A stretch of DNA of 63,547 nt, the filler included, from Octopus bimaculoides (Eukaryota): the NCBI RefSeq assembly GCF_001194135.2. It is 7 parts of 7 records of this genome, joined end to end, with 100 filler letters (N's around TTAATTAATTAA, not from the genome) between each part and the next. Parts side by side here need not be neighbours in the genome. Positions count along the whole stretch, not along the records: positions 43,718 to 53,823 come from NC_068985.1; positions 53,924 to 60,927 come from NC_068996.1; positions 61,028 to 62,145 come from NC_068989.1; positions 62,246 to 63,547 come from NW_026408509.1; 3 more parts are not named here. One strand, given 5' to 3'. The translations under genes were made by a program, and so were the position numbers. Positions 48,563 through 62,556 of the stretch are shown piece by piece. Positions within the stretch are counted from its first letter, which is position 1. Every line of letters starts with the position of its first letter. Under the pieces are notes generated by a model. That model ran no database searches. It saw only the letters and a list, made by a program, of their open reading frames with translations, and was not told the DNA's origin.

Positions 48563-51022
48563 GGAATAAAAATCCACATTTATAGGTAAAATCTCAATTT
48601 AATTCAATTTGTTAAAAATTAAAATTAAATTAAGTTTCACAGTATAAAATAGAAATATATAGTTTTAGAGAAAAGAACCAAGGTTCATGAACTCATCGAT
48701 GAAAATCCACACTCACATATAGAAAATTAATAAGTAAAAACACAATAAATAAGTGTAATATAATAGAAAGTAAATATCATAAGATAGTGATAATAAAACG
48801 ACTACACGTGTTTCAGAACCAATTTTCAAATAGAAAATATATTTAAATCGATTAAACTATCGAAAATCAATTCTAATCAAAAATATGGCTAATATTCACG
48901 TCAAATTACAACAATGATAATAATAATAAAAGAATGTATATATCAACTAATAATAAATAACAAATGAATGTATATAAAATACTTATTATATTAAGATAGA
49001 AAAAATATTATTAAAAATATCAAAATTATAAATGTTCCATAATTAACTTTACGTTTATTATAATATAAACTAAGAGAAATATTATATGCAAAAACTAATT
49101 TTAACGAATCTTTTGTTTAAAATACAATTTAAACGAAGTTTTAGGTTAAATTAATAAAGATACTTGTAATATTTATCTAAACGATGCTTCAACTAAAAGC
49201 TTTAGACTAAAACGTTTATTAGAAAGAATTCTCGTTAAAATAATGCGTAAAGAAAAAGAATAGAATAAATAGACATGAATGAAAGTTTTATTATCAATGG
49301 AAGATTAAACTTTATATAACTTAAATCATAATAAAACAATTAACTGTATTATAAGCATTTAATTGAACTTTAAAGTCTAAATAATTATAGATTCAAAAGA
49401 ATAAGACTACGAAACAATATATACTAACACAAATATTATATGCAAATCTTATCTTAACGAATCTTTCGTTTAAAATACAATTTAAACGATGTTTTAGGTT
49501 AAACTAAAATTATAATTATTAACGTAAAATATAAATTAACAAAAATTAATTTGTATAAATTAATATATAAAAGCAATTATATCACCATTAAATAAGGGAA
49601 AAAACATTTAACAAGATTATTGAAAAGAAATACAAAATTTATCTAATCGAAACTTTAGTTTAAATAAATTTAGAAATGTTGTATATTTACTAAACATTAA
49701 TTAGAAAATAAACTAATAATCAAAGAAATTAAATAAAAAGACTACTTATTTATCCCCCAAAACAAAAAGAAATATTAAACAATATTAATGCCAAAAAATT
49801 CAACCCTAATCTAATTGATGTCTTTGTTTAGGCTAAGATGATAAACTTNNNNNNNNNNNNNNNNNNNNNNNNNNNNNNNNNNNNNNNNNNNNNNNNNNNN
49901 NNNNNNNNNNNNNNNNNNNNNNNNNNNNNNNNNNNNNNNNNNNNNNNNNNNNNNNNNNNNNNNNNNNNNNNNNNNNNNNNNNNNNNNNNNNNNNNNNNNN
50001 NNNNNNNNNNNNNNNNNNNNNNNNNNNNNNNNNNNNNNNNNNNNNNNNNNNNNNNNNNNNNNNNNNNNNNNNNNNNNNNNNNNNNNNNNNNNNNNNNNNN
50101 NNNNNNNNNNNNNNNNNNNNNNNNNNNNNNNNNNNNNNNNNNNNNNNNNNNNNNNNNNNNNNNNNNNNNATATATATATATATATAGGCATACAGTGGTT
50201 GTGTTGTAAGAAGCTTGCTTTCAAGGCTTATGGTTCGGGGTTCAGTCCCACTGTCTGGCACCTTGGGAATTGCCTTCTAATATAGTCTTGGACCGACAAA
50301 AGCCTTGTGGGTGAATTTGGTGGACAGAAACTGAAAAAAGCCCGTCGTATATATATTCGACCTGGTGTTATAAATAGAAAACAAATTTAGAGTGGATTGT
50401 AGGTATTTGAAATCTGGTTCTAGTGTATAGGTGCTGGTATTCCAGCGCCCTTATCTATAATTATATTTTTATAATTATATACTTAAAAATTAATTTTACC
50501 GATATGGTCATTTATTATACGCTAGCCACAGTTATAATCTTTAAAATGAATATATCCTCAATTTATAAGTATATGTGTGTGTCTGGTTGTGTACGTGCGA
50601 GTATGTGTGTGTGTGTGTGTGTGTATGGATGTGTATATATATTTGTGTGTGTGTGTGTGTTTTGTATCCGTGTTTGTCCCCATCACCGTCTGATGGTATG
50701 TTTATGTCTACGTAACTTTGCGCTTCGGCAAAAGATATCAATAGATCTATCCCTGTGAAACTCTTTGAAATTTCTCTGAACAGTTGAACATTTGATCGTT
50801 TAAAAGTATTTTTCCGATTTTTTACCTTTTAAGTCTAAACTCACCCACAACCTTTACCTATTTATTTATTTATTCCTTCCTTTGTATCATTCATAACCAA
50901 AAATTGTCGTAACTGGTTTGATCTCTGAATAAATCTATTAAAAAATTTAAAAACAACTACACATTGTAAGGTTCAGATGCATTTTCAACTTCCAAAAAAA
51001 CTGACCTATACACATAGTGTGT

Positions 51023-51083
<61 letters not shown>

Positions 51084-51564
51084 CTGCTTCCTTGTATACG
51101 AGCAAAACCATCGCTAGAAAGTATCATTGAAATGAGTCATCAGAGATGTGATGGGAGGCACTTGTATTACACTTGATCCCGGTTTAATATTTGCATATTC
51201 TATGGAATAATGCACAGCTCTGCTGGCTGGCTGAAGGAACAGGTACCACAATATGAACTGTTTTGACATGCATTTTCAATCCTCCAACTGAAGGGAACAC
51301 CTTCTCAGAGGTTACTCATGTCCCGTTGTGAATTTACAATGGTTTAATTCCTGTGAGTCTCTGATGGCTGACAAGACCTGCATGATTCAAGAATTTCTTC
51401 TCACAAATGACATATATAATAAGCAACACTCCGTCATATTCCATACGTTCAATATTTCTAAGTCTTCTCTTAATCTTCTCTTGCTTCATTTCCTCCCTTT
51501 CAAACTTCGAACAACCACTCCATTCATTTTCGTCTTGTGCCTCCCTCTCCCAGACAACAATTGA

Positions 51565-51611
<47 letters not shown>

Positions 51612-51620
51612 CATCCATCC

Positions 51621-51719
<99 letters not shown>

Positions 51720-53234
51720 CATATATATGAATTTGAAATGGGCGAACGTTGTATTCTTCGTTGTCTTGAGGTTCACAGCCAAAGGCCTGGGCAGATTCGC
51801 GTGGAGACAGGTGCATAGATTGGAATGCAGTTTGTATTTTTTTCCTAGTTACGGAGAAAATCGATTAAAACAACCTGCGTGCGTGTGTGTGTCACTGAAG
51901 CCATTTATACATACATACATACATACATACATACATACATACATAACCATTCTCTCTCTCTCTCCCTCTCTCTCTCCCTCTCTCTCTCCCTCTCTCTCTC
52001 NNNNNNNNNNNNNATAACCATTCTCTCTCTCTCTCCCTCTCTCTCTCCCTCTCTCTCTCCCTCTCTCTCTTTCTCTCTCTTTCTGTCTCTCTGTCAATCA
52101 CTCACTACAAAAACTGAATGGAAAAATTTCACTTATCTCTCTCTCTCATGTACACACACACACAATCAACATTACTCTCGCAACTTCAAAAGAACTTCAC
52201 TCATACAACCATGCTCTCTCTGTCTCTTTCGCTTTCAAAAGATCCTCCTTTTTCTCAGCCACATATCAAAAAAATATTTTCACTTGTCCGGGCATTGCTA
52301 TTACAGGTAAATTCACAACAATTCGACTCCAGAGATAAACACAAACCAACTCGTGCTGACTGCAAAACTCCCGCCAAATTATCAACAAAAACACACACAC
52401 ATACACGTCCATTTCATATATCTTCTTTCAAATTCTGCTCTCTTATTAGACAAACGTCTAATACAACAGCTCTTACATACATTCTGTTCTCTAAAAAGGT
52501 ACGTGTCTATTTTTTTTTATAAGCGTATAACAATAACTTATTCCATACTTCTCCACTTAGCTTTTATTTTCACTTTTCTTAAATCGGATACGTCTGCTAT
52601 TAAGTTGCAGAACTTTGGCAGTACATTTACAAATCATTTCTGCTTCACTTCTTACATACAATTTCCCCATAATTTCATACAGTTTCATTTTTTACTGATG
52701 ATTGAAATGTCAAACATTTTCTAACTGTTAAAGCAATTCTTAACGTCAACTACTAAATGCCTCTTCTATTTTTTCCTAGCCCCCATACATACCGAGAAAA
52801 TCGATTAAAACTTTTTCTAATGCAAATCCCCTCTTTGTTCCGCCATTAAAACAAGCAGTTGCTCACACAGCAACAAGGGGACTACGGCCACAGCTTTCAC
52901 TATGCTGTCTCTCTTCTTTCACCTCCTTGTGAGGTTAATTATCTTCATCTTTAGTTACAGTTTCTCATTCAAACTACATAATACGCAGAATTGCCGCATT
53001 AATACAGTAGGGTGTTTTGAGGGAGGTTTGGCTGCTATTTCTAACAGGTTTACCTACCATGTAGGGTTCTGAACTTAATTTTCATTCACAGATTTGCATT
53101 TCAAAAATTTAACATAATCTTTTCCATAAATCAACTATCGTAAACATTTTCTATCATGACCTCACATTTTCTATGTATGTGTGTATGCCTAACATGAACT
53201 CGCATTTTCTATGTATGTGTGTGTACCTTAAAAG

Positions 53235-53798
53235 AGGTCCAATAGAATAGTTCTCAGAAACTGACTAAGTACAAATACTTTCTTTACAACTCATTGAAGC
53301 TGTTTTCTGCGCAGGTATTTTGCAAGGGCTCCCCCACCCCCACCATTTTATCCCAGATTTGTTTATTTTTAAATTTCTTTTGCAAGCAATCCCCGTTTTA
53401 GGATAAGGAGGTTCGGGAAAATTGCCAAAAATCAGCACTGTGAAATTTTCTCCCTTCACCCCGACTTCTTCAATTTTGACTTTTTCCCCAACACTAACCC
53501 TAAAACCCTAGCCCTAACTCTAATCGTAAGTACAGAAATGTTTTGAAATTTTTTACCGGATCCTAATGTCCGTATTTTTCTGTATATTTGCAAAAGATTT
53601 TTTAAAAATATTTTATAAATATTTAAAAAAATTTTATCAGAATCTGACGGGGGGGCGGTTATAGTGCTGGAGGCTCCAATCGAAACAGGCGACTCGAAAT
53701 GATAAGGCTGAAAAATGGTGTTAGAGATTATGGCTAACCGAAAACGATCACAGCCACATTATCCAAACAGATCGGGTGAAACCGGGCTTAGCTGCTAG
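53235..53798 (+). mobile_element. Non-autonomous Helitron-like element with (TAACCC)-like internal repeats
   Basis: 3' end CGGGTGAAACCGGG followed by CTAG|T at 53795-53799. The 5' boundary is approximate. Confidence 0.5.
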
Positions 53799-54204
53799 TA
53801 TATATACATACATACATACATATNNNNNNNNNNNNNNNNNNNNNNNNNNNNNNNNNNNNNNNNNNNNTTAATTAATTAANNNNNNNNNNNNNNNNNNNNN
53901 NNNNNNNNNNNNNNNNNNNNNNNTGTTAATTATTAATTCTATTATTAATTGATGATTCCCTGCCCTTATTCTTGTATATTTTATATATATATCTATATAT
54001 ATATATATATATATAATACAAAGAATAGATATACATGTATACACACATATATGTACATACTTACATCTACATGTGTATATATATGCATATCAGGGTACAG
54101 GACGTTAGAACAATAAACTACAGACAACGGAACGAACACATAGGAAAACGGAAAGCCACTTGGAATATCCCTTCATCAGCTGTCTCTATTCTATCTAGAC
54201 GTTT

Positions 54205-56060
54205 CGTATATATAAATGAAAGACAGAAGGTGGAATATACAGGAATTTATTATTAATCACGACAATTGTTTCGACACATCTAGCATCAATTCCCTTTGGG
54301 TGCAGATATGTCTCGTAGGGTGATAAATAAATGAATACAACTCGTTAAAATGACTGTTCTGCAATGTAACTTTCCGTTTTATGGAGAGAAAAGCAGCCAA
54401 ATGGAGGAAATATCTTCGTTTATATAGATGATCAAAAGTAAAATCGCAGATGACAAAAAGAGAAACAAACACTCAATCCATCAATAAAAGTATCAAAAAT
54501 AACTGTTAACACATATGGATGTATAAATGCCCTTGGGCAAGCTGTATGGCACAAGTACACTTGCTTATACAAGCATCTGCAAAAATGTGAGCATACGCAC
54601 ATGTGAGGTTTGGTGCACTCATGATCACAAAGTTAGTTATTTACTTGGTGTTTATAAGAATGGGGAGGTTAAAAGTAAACTTAAGTTAGCCATACCTTAA
54701 AGTAAATTAAATTAAGTTAACGGTTACTCAAAATTCATTCCCAATGCATTGTGCAAAAGTACATTTATATGCATGTAGGCATCTTGAGAGTCGTTCAGAA
54801 ATTCTATTAATTATCTTCTCGTTAGTCCACAGAATAGACAAGGATTCCTCAGAGCAGAGATGGCGTCTCCTGGAAATTATATTGTATGGTTTTTCATACC
54901 TTACATTGGGCAGACAGCTGATTCATTTAAGAATTGTTATCGTAACTATGCTGCCAGCTTTAAGACAGTCAATAAGAGAAATTCAACGGCTTTGGCAGAT
55001 TTTGTATAGCAACTGAAGGAGGATAAAATGAAGTACACCATTAGCTGGTCTATACTAAGGTATGCTAAACCATACAATATAATTTCCAGGAGATGCCATC
55101 TCTACTCTGAAGAATCCCTGTCTATTCTGTGGACTAATGAGAAGATCATTAATAGAATTTCTGAAGAACTCTCAAGATGCCTACATGCATATAAATGTAC
55201 TTTCGTACAATGCAGTGAGAATGAATTTTGAGTAACCGTTAACTTAATTTAATGTACTCTTAGGTATGGCTGACTTAACCCATTACCTCCCATAATTCTA
55301 TTAACTGGAATTTTTTTATGCAACTTTGATTTCTAGCATAAAACAGCCTTAGAAACACGCTGGAATGATTAAAATAACATTTTAAATAGAAATAAGCAAG
55401 ATATTGGGTGAAAAATTAGCAAACCTCATTTGAATATCAGAGAAATATACCTAGTAGATATAGCAAAAAGGTTAGATATGTGTAAATATTGACAGATAAT
55501 TACGAAATTTGTAATTTTTAAGTGATCTCATATGAAATCACTGGTAGGTAAAGGGTTAAGTTTACTTTTAACTTCCCCATTCTAATAAATACCAAGTAAA
55601 TAACTCGCTTTGTGATTATGAGTGCACCAAACCTCACGTGTGCGTATCCTCACATTTTTGCAGATGCTTCTATGAGCGAGTATACTCATGCCATGCAGCT
55701 TGTCCAAGGGCATTTATACATCCATACCTGGATTTTTAATACTTTTCTCGCTGGATTGCGTGTTCGTTTCTCTTTTTGTCATCTGTGATTTTATTTTTGA
55801 TCTTCTATATAAATGAAAATATTTCCTCCGTTTGGCTGCTTTTCTCTCTACAAAACAGAAAGTTACATTGTAGAAGAGTCATTTTAATGAGTTGTAATTA
55901 TTTATCACCCGACAAGATACATTTGCACCATTGGATGCTCTTGAACCAGTTGTTGAGTGTCTCACCCAAGATGAATTGATCCTAGATGTTTTGAAACAAT
56001 TATCGTGATAAATAATAAATTCTCGTATATTCTCTCTTCTGTCTTTCATTTGTTATATAC
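54205..56060 (+). mobile_element. Penelope-like element remnant forming a ~1.9-kb imperfect palindrome
   Basis: 54902-55220 reads YIGQTADSFKNCY.NY..SFK...RNSTALADFV*QLK...Y.ISWSIL..AKPY...RRCHL..EE. Arms 54205-54892 and 55067-56060 are reverse complements. Confidence 0.9.
55275..55559. mobile_element. piggyBac-type MITE inserted in right arm of the palindrome
   Basis: TTAA|CCC...GGG|TTAA. The left arm keeps the empty site with a single TTAA at 54681-54684. Confidence 0.85.
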
Positions 56061-56126
56061 CTAACGATCTCTCTGAAAGTGACTGTGCTTTACCAGTAAG
56101 CTTCCAGGTGTAAACCATTCGTCTTA

Positions 56127-56170
<44 letters not shown>

Positions 56171-56267
56171 ATATGGGTTAGGTTCCTGTAATAAGCCTAC
56201 AAAACTTTAAGTTACATGGAGCCCAAATCAAACTATTTTTACATAATAATAATAACAATAATAATAC

Positions 56268-56895
56268 TGGCTAAGAAGGAATATATTCACAGACACGACA
56301 GAGCTGGGACCTATATACACTGGAAGCTATGCCAACACTATGGAATAACAACAGAAAAAAGATGGTATAAACACACACTAGAAAAGGTCACAGAAAACGA
56401 GAAAGCAACCATACTCTGGGATATGCCAATACACACAGATAGAGAAATTAAGGCAAATAGACCAGATATAGTTGTCAAAGATCATGAAGAAAAAAAATGC
56501 TTTCTAATTGATGTATCAATACCAGCAGATGACAACGTTTCCCTAAAAGAAATGGAAAAACTTTCAAAATACAAAGACCTGGAAATAGAGGTAACTCGAA
56601 TGTGGAATCTAAAAACAGAAGCAATTCCTATCATAGTAGGTGCCTTAGGTATAATAAAAAAATATTCAGACAAATACATAACAAAAACACCAGGACTTAC
56701 AAATATATATAACATACAGAAAATTGCACTACTGGGCACTGCACACATCCTACGCAAAACACTTTCAATACAGTAAGCATAAGAGCATCACAGCAAACCA
56801 CAGCACATACCCAAGGCACACAGAGCTGCGCTTGGTAGTGAAGTGAAAGCACGTTATAAAAATAAAACTACTGAACAATGATAATAATAAATAAT
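56268..56895 (+). mobile_element. 5'-truncated R4/Dong-like (RLE-clade) LINE in a (TAA)n microsatellite
   Basis: YIHRHD...HWKLC...LWD..IHTDR.I..NRPDIV......CFLIDVSIP......KE.EKLSKYKDL.IE..RMW......PIIVGALG...ALLGTAHILR is a PD-(D/E)xK restriction-like endonuclease. Stop at 56774-56776, ~100-bp 3' UTR, (TAA)n on both sides. Confidence 0.9.
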
Positions 56896-57482
56896 AACAA
56901 TAATTATATATATTATGTGTATGGAAAAAGAGAGAGAGAAGAAAAGATGTATAAAATTCCCAAAGTAAGACAAGTAATTCTGTGACAAAAACACAGAACG
57001 TATCAGGCAAGTTAACTCCTCACCAAGGAAAGGAATACATCACTCACACACACACACACACATATCTGTATTTTAAAGTTGTATTTCCTGAACTAGTTAC
57101 CCACTATTAAAACAAAGGATTCAAAGTGTTAAAGAGCTGAGAATTTGTATTTATTTAAGAGGATTTTTGCTACATTCCTTAATATTTCCAACTTAAGATA
57201 TTCTCAGGTTTGCCTCATCATATCAGCATATCGAAAAAAAACTACCTAAATAAACATATATATACGCACACTAAAATAAGCATACATATATATACATATT
57301 TGATATAGAGTTTAGCAAATAATCTGCCACATTAGCATGACTGATATCAATCTTATAATCTATATTAGGAAGTCTTAAAATACTGAGATTCCTTCTATGT
57401 TAGAAAAAAAATAAATAAATTAAATAAAAGTGTTGAACCATGTTCTTGAACACCCTGGATCACATACATCTATATATACATA

Positions 57483-57696
57483 AGAGGGTGCTGGAAAGTT
57501 CCTGGCTTTTGGGTAAAAGAAAATACAGGCAGATCAGTTAATTATATTTTTCAACATACTCCCCTCTCAGATTCACATACATATTGCAGCAGTCCTTCAG
57601 TTTTTCTAAGTCCTGTAAAAGGACTTGGAAGGTTGGACTTCCAACCAGGCCTTTCATGATATCCTCTTAAAGCCAGGAACTTTTCAACACCCCTCG
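57483..57696. mobile_element. Tc1/mariner-derived MITE
   Basis: ~27-bp TIRs GAGGGTGCTGGAAAGTTCCTGGCTTT / AAAGCCAGGAACTTTTCAACACCCCTC. Confidence 0.75.
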
Positions 57697-58344
57697 CCTG
57701 TGTGTATATATATATACATACATTTATATATATATATATATATATNNNNNNNNNNNNNNNNNNNNNNNNNNNNNNNNNNNNNNNNNNNNNNNNNNNNNNN
57801 NNNNNNNNNNNNNNNNNNNNNNNNNNNNNNNNNNNNNNNNNNNNNNNNNNNNNNNNNNNNNNNNNNNNNNNNNNNNNNNNNNNNNNNNNNNNNNNNNNNN
57901 NNNNNNNNNNNNNNNNNNNNNNNNNNNNNNNNNNNNNNNNNNNNNNNNNNNNNNNNNNNNNNNNNNNNNNNNNNNNNNNNNNNNNNNNNNNNNNNNNNNN
58001 NNNNNNNNNNNNNNNNNNNNNNNNNNNNNNNNNNNNNNNNNNNNNNNNNNNNNNNNNNNNNNNNNNNNNNNNNNNNNNNNNNNNNNNNNNNNNNNTCATC
58101 ATCATCATCTGCATCTTTTTTTCATGCATAACTCCACCTATCACCATATTTGGTTGATAATCTCTTGAAATATCAGGGCAAATTTAGGAAAAATCTTCAA
58201 AGAATGTAAATTAAAAAGCATCATACAATCTATCATAAACTTTGGAAACTCCCAAACTTTTATAGTTGAATCTAAATAGTGGTAAATCTCACTCAAGCAG
58301 AAAATTCAATGAAAGAGTACGTTTACACTAATAGAAATTCCACA

Positions 58345-58390
<46 letters not shown>

Positions 58391-58404
58391 GTAATAATAA
58401 AAAT

Positions 58405-58880
58405 AATCCTTTCTACTGAAGGCACAAGGCCTGAAATTTTAGGGGTGGAGCTAGTTGATTTTATTGATTCCAGTGCCTAACAGGTATTTATTTTATCAAC
58501 CCCAGAAGGATGAAAGGCAAAGTCAACTTCGGTGGAATTTGAACTCAGAGCACGAAGACAGACAAAATACCACTAAGTATTTTGCCTGGCATGCTAATGA
58601 TTCTGCCAGCTTGCCACCTTAAATAATAATAATAATGATGATGATGATGATGATGATAATAATCCTTTCTACAATAGGCACAAAGTCTAAAATTTTTGGG
58701 GAAAGGAGCTTGTCAATTTCACTGACCCCAGTATTTGACTGTTACTTATTTCATAAAACCCCCCAAAAAATGAAAAGCAAAATCAACTTCAGCGGAATTT
58801 GAATTTAGAACGTAAAGACAGATAGAAATGTTGCAAAGCATTTTTGTACAGTGTACTGACAATTCTGCCAGCTCACATTA
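58405..58880 (-). mobile_element. Two tandem SINE copies (39826-type head, (ATT)n tail)
   Basis: Two reverse-complement copies separated by an (AAT)/(GAT) tract. Confidence 0.75.
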
Positions 58881-59955
58881 TCTGTAGTATTAACAGAAGA
58901 ATGTATAAGATATCCTTCAACAAAGAATTATTCAATTATATTGCACATTAAAACAATGGGGTACTAAAAGTAATGTTTGAGTGAAACAGTCTTCCAATCT
59001 ATCTAAGAAGGCAATACCTTCAAATAGAACTGATTTGGTCGGGGATGATCCCAGTTCAATATATTCCAGCATGGAAAGTAGCCATTATAAAATTATGAGG
59101 GTGATGAGGATGATGATATCAAGAAATTTGCTTTACTTCACACTGCATGGCCATGTGGTTCTGGGTTTCATTTCACTAAAAGCCAGATTTGAAAAAGTGT
59201 CTTCTACTGTAACTCCAAGTTGGCCAATATTTTGAAGGTAAAAATCTGATTGATGCAAAATTAAACTGTGTAGAAGCCTGCAATATGATGTAGTCCAACC
59301 CCCATGCCAGCATAGAAAACAAACGTTAAATGATGATGATAATAATATGTATATATACACACACACAAACATATANNNNNNNNNNNNNNNNNNNNNNNNN
59401 NNNNNNNNNNNNNNNNNNNNNNNNNNNNNNNNNNNNNNNNNNNNNNNNNNNNNNNNNNNNNNNNNNNNNNNNNNNNNNNNNNNNNNNNNNNNNNNNNNNN
59501 NNNNNNNNNNNNNNNNNNNNNNNNNNNNNNNNNNNNNNNNNNNNNNNNNNNNNNNNNNNNNNNNNNNNNNNNNNNNNNNNNNNNNNNNNNNNNNNNNNNN
59601 NNNNNNNNNNNNNNNNNNNNNNNNNNNNNNNNNNNNNNNNNNNNNNNNNNNNNNNNNNNNNNNNNNNNNNNNNNNNNNNNNNNNNNNNNNNNNNNNNNNN
59701 NNNNNNNNNNNNNNNNNNNNNNNNNNNNNNNNNNNNNNNNNNNNNNNNNNNNNNNNNNNNNNNNNNNNNNNNNNNNNNNNNNNNNNNNNNNNNNNNNNNN
59801 NNNNNNNNNNNNNNNNNNNNNNNNNNNNNNNNNNNNNNNNNNNNNNNNNNNNNNNNNNNNNNNNNNNNNNNNNNNNNNNNNNNNNNNNNNNNNNNNNNNN
59901 NNNNNNNNNNNNNNNNNNNNNNNNNNNNNNNNNNNNNNNNNNNNNNNNNNNNNNN

Positions 59956-60026
<71 letters not shown>

Positions 60027-61914
60027 TTGTTTTTATGCTGTATTAAAAACAAACATTAAACTGAATACCATTCAGTAGAGTAACATGTTTTATTTTACAA
60101 GGAAAATGTTGGCAGCGTCTTTGAAGTTTTAGCTTTTTAACCTTCATCATAACTTTCACACCCACCCCTGTGAAAATAACAAACACACATTTATTTTTAC
60201 ATCCATTTTTCCATGCTAGCATGGGTTAGATGAAAGTATGACTGAGGTAGTAATTTAGCCAGATGCTCTTGCTGTCACTAACCCTTACTCGTTCTTTTTT
60301 TTTTTTCCTTTTCAAATAAGGGACTTTTCTTTTATTTCACATGTCTTCAAGGCTGCAAAGCCAGCAGAAGCTCAATGACAGGAGCAATGACAACAACAAA
60401 CACAACTGTGTCATTACTATATCCACTCACAATGCTTTGGCTGGCTCTAGGCTATAATAAAAGACACCTGCCCAAAATGCTACTTAGTGAAACTGAACCA
60501 AGACAATGTTACTGTGTATCAATACTTAAAATATAGTTAATTTTATATGTTGCCAGTGCCGGATCGTTGCCAGTGCCACTGGACTGGCTCCTGTGCAGGT
60601 GGCACGTAAAATACACCATTTCGAGTGTGGCCATTGCCAGTACCGCCTGACTGGCTTTCATGCCAGTGGCACGTAAAAGCACCCACTACACTCATGGAGT
60701 GGTTGACATTAGGAAGGGCATCCAGCTGTAGAAACTCTCCCAAATCAGATTAGAGCCTGGTGCAGCCATCTGGATCACGATGATGATGATGATGAGGATG
60801 ATATAGGGGGATAATTGGAGATTTCACAGCTGTTTACTCTGCCTTTCGCATTGCTCTTATCAAAACAAATGATCATTAATTTGAAGTTGATACTGTTGTA
60901 AACATTTGATGAAAACAATGTTTATAANNNNNNNNNNNNNNNNNNNNNNNNNNNNNNNNNNNNNNNNNNNNTTAATTAATTAANNNNNNNNNNNNNNNNN
61001 NNNNNNNNNNNNNNNNNNNNNNNNNNNATTGAACAGCGGCCATGCTGGGGCACTTCCTTGAAAGGTTTTTGTCAGGCAAATCAACCCCTTGTCTGGTACT
61101 TATTCTCTCGGGTCCCTTTGCCGAACTGTTAAGTTACGAGGGCGTAAACAAACTAACACCAGTTGTTAAGTGGTGGTGATATGAGCACACACACACACGC
61201 ATACATACATACACACACACACGCATACATACACACACGGCGAGCTTCCACACGGTTTCCATTTACCAAATCCACTCACAAAGCATTGGTCAGCCCGGGG
61301 GCTATAGCAGAAGTCACTTGCCCAAGGTGCGACGCTGTAGGATTGAAACCGGAACCACGTTGTTGCCAAGCGAGTACAGCCATGCCTGGTGATAAAAGAT
61401 GTTTCACCTGTTCCCATCAGCCTCTCTTTCAGGCTAAGTGTATCTAGGAGTGCATTATCAAATGAATCCTTTATTTTTTCGTAAAATATCTTAGAGTAAG
61501 GGTTGTGGAACTGTTGCTGTTTGACTCAGAGTACATCCGGATATGATATAAAGGCGTTCCAGCTATGACCATCACGTTTTTCGAATATCTAAGATCACTT
61601 AATCTAAAATGTCCTGCTTTTGTTTAACCTTTGACCTGTCCAAAACATTTTCATATGTTTGCCCTCAACATCCATGTTTGTTTTCAGACTTTTAGTTTGC
61701 CCCTGTTTCATACGTTCTGAGTAATATAAAGCTTTCCTTTCATAAGCTCCAAGTTATAGGGTCGGGAACAGGAGGGCACAGGGGATGCAAGCGGGCCCCT
61801 AAAATATTGGTGGGGACAATGAAAACGCTGTGAACATCCTCTTGAAAACTTCATCGCCAAAACGAACGAGCGTAGAAACATTTTTGGACTGATTCGAAAC
61901 ATTGCTTTTCCAGA

Positions 61915-62107
61915 AACGGGAAGATAGAATGAGAGAAAGTTGTGGTGGAAGAGTACAGCAGGGTTCGCCACCACCCCCTGCCGGAGCCTCGTGGAGCTTT
62001 AGGTGTTTTCGCTCAATAAACACTCACAACGCCCTGTCTGGCAATCGAAACCACGATCCTACGTCCGCGAGTCCGCTGCTCTAACCACTGGGCCATTGCG
62101 CCTCCAC
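61915..62107 (-). mobile_element. tRNA-Arg-derived SINE (OR-like)
   Basis: Head GGCGCAATGGCCCAGTGGTTAGAGCAGCGGACTCGCGG...GGTTTCGATTGCC with TCG at the anticodon position, followed by a non-tRNA body. Confidence 0.75.
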
Positions 62108-62509
62108 ATATACAATACACATTCTTTTTCTTTTTTTTCTTTTTANNNNNNNNNNNNNNNNNNNNNNNNNNNNNNNNNNNNNNNNNNNNTTAATTAATTA
62201 ANNNNNNNNNNNNNNNNNNNNNNNNNNNNNNNNNNNNNNNNNNNNTATATATATATATATGTATAAATATACACGTGTGCCGTTGGCGATTTCTTCTCCA
62301 TCTTTGGACCTTTCCCTTTCTCCTTTCCGCCAGAAAGCTATGATCAAAATGTCAAACCCGCTCCTTTCGCCGAACCTCAAGGTAATACATTTCATGTGCA
62401 CGTCCTACGTTCGTTTTTTTGTTTTCTTTTCGTTTTATTCGTTTATTTGAATTGACCACACACACACACACACACATATATGGTCAATTCAAATACACAC
62501 ACACACATG

Positions 62510-62556
<47 letters not shown>

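Noticed and set aside
54165-54206. CTGATGA and GAAAC motifs on the minus strand
   Set aside because: The motifs are in permuted order and stems I and II cannot be closed, so it is not a complete hammerhead. The CTGATGA at about 23818(-) and 52695 also lack stem I.
62030-62107. tRNA-Arg gene
   Set aside because: No proper acceptor stem and it continues into a SINE body. The same applies to the tRNA-like head at 5342.
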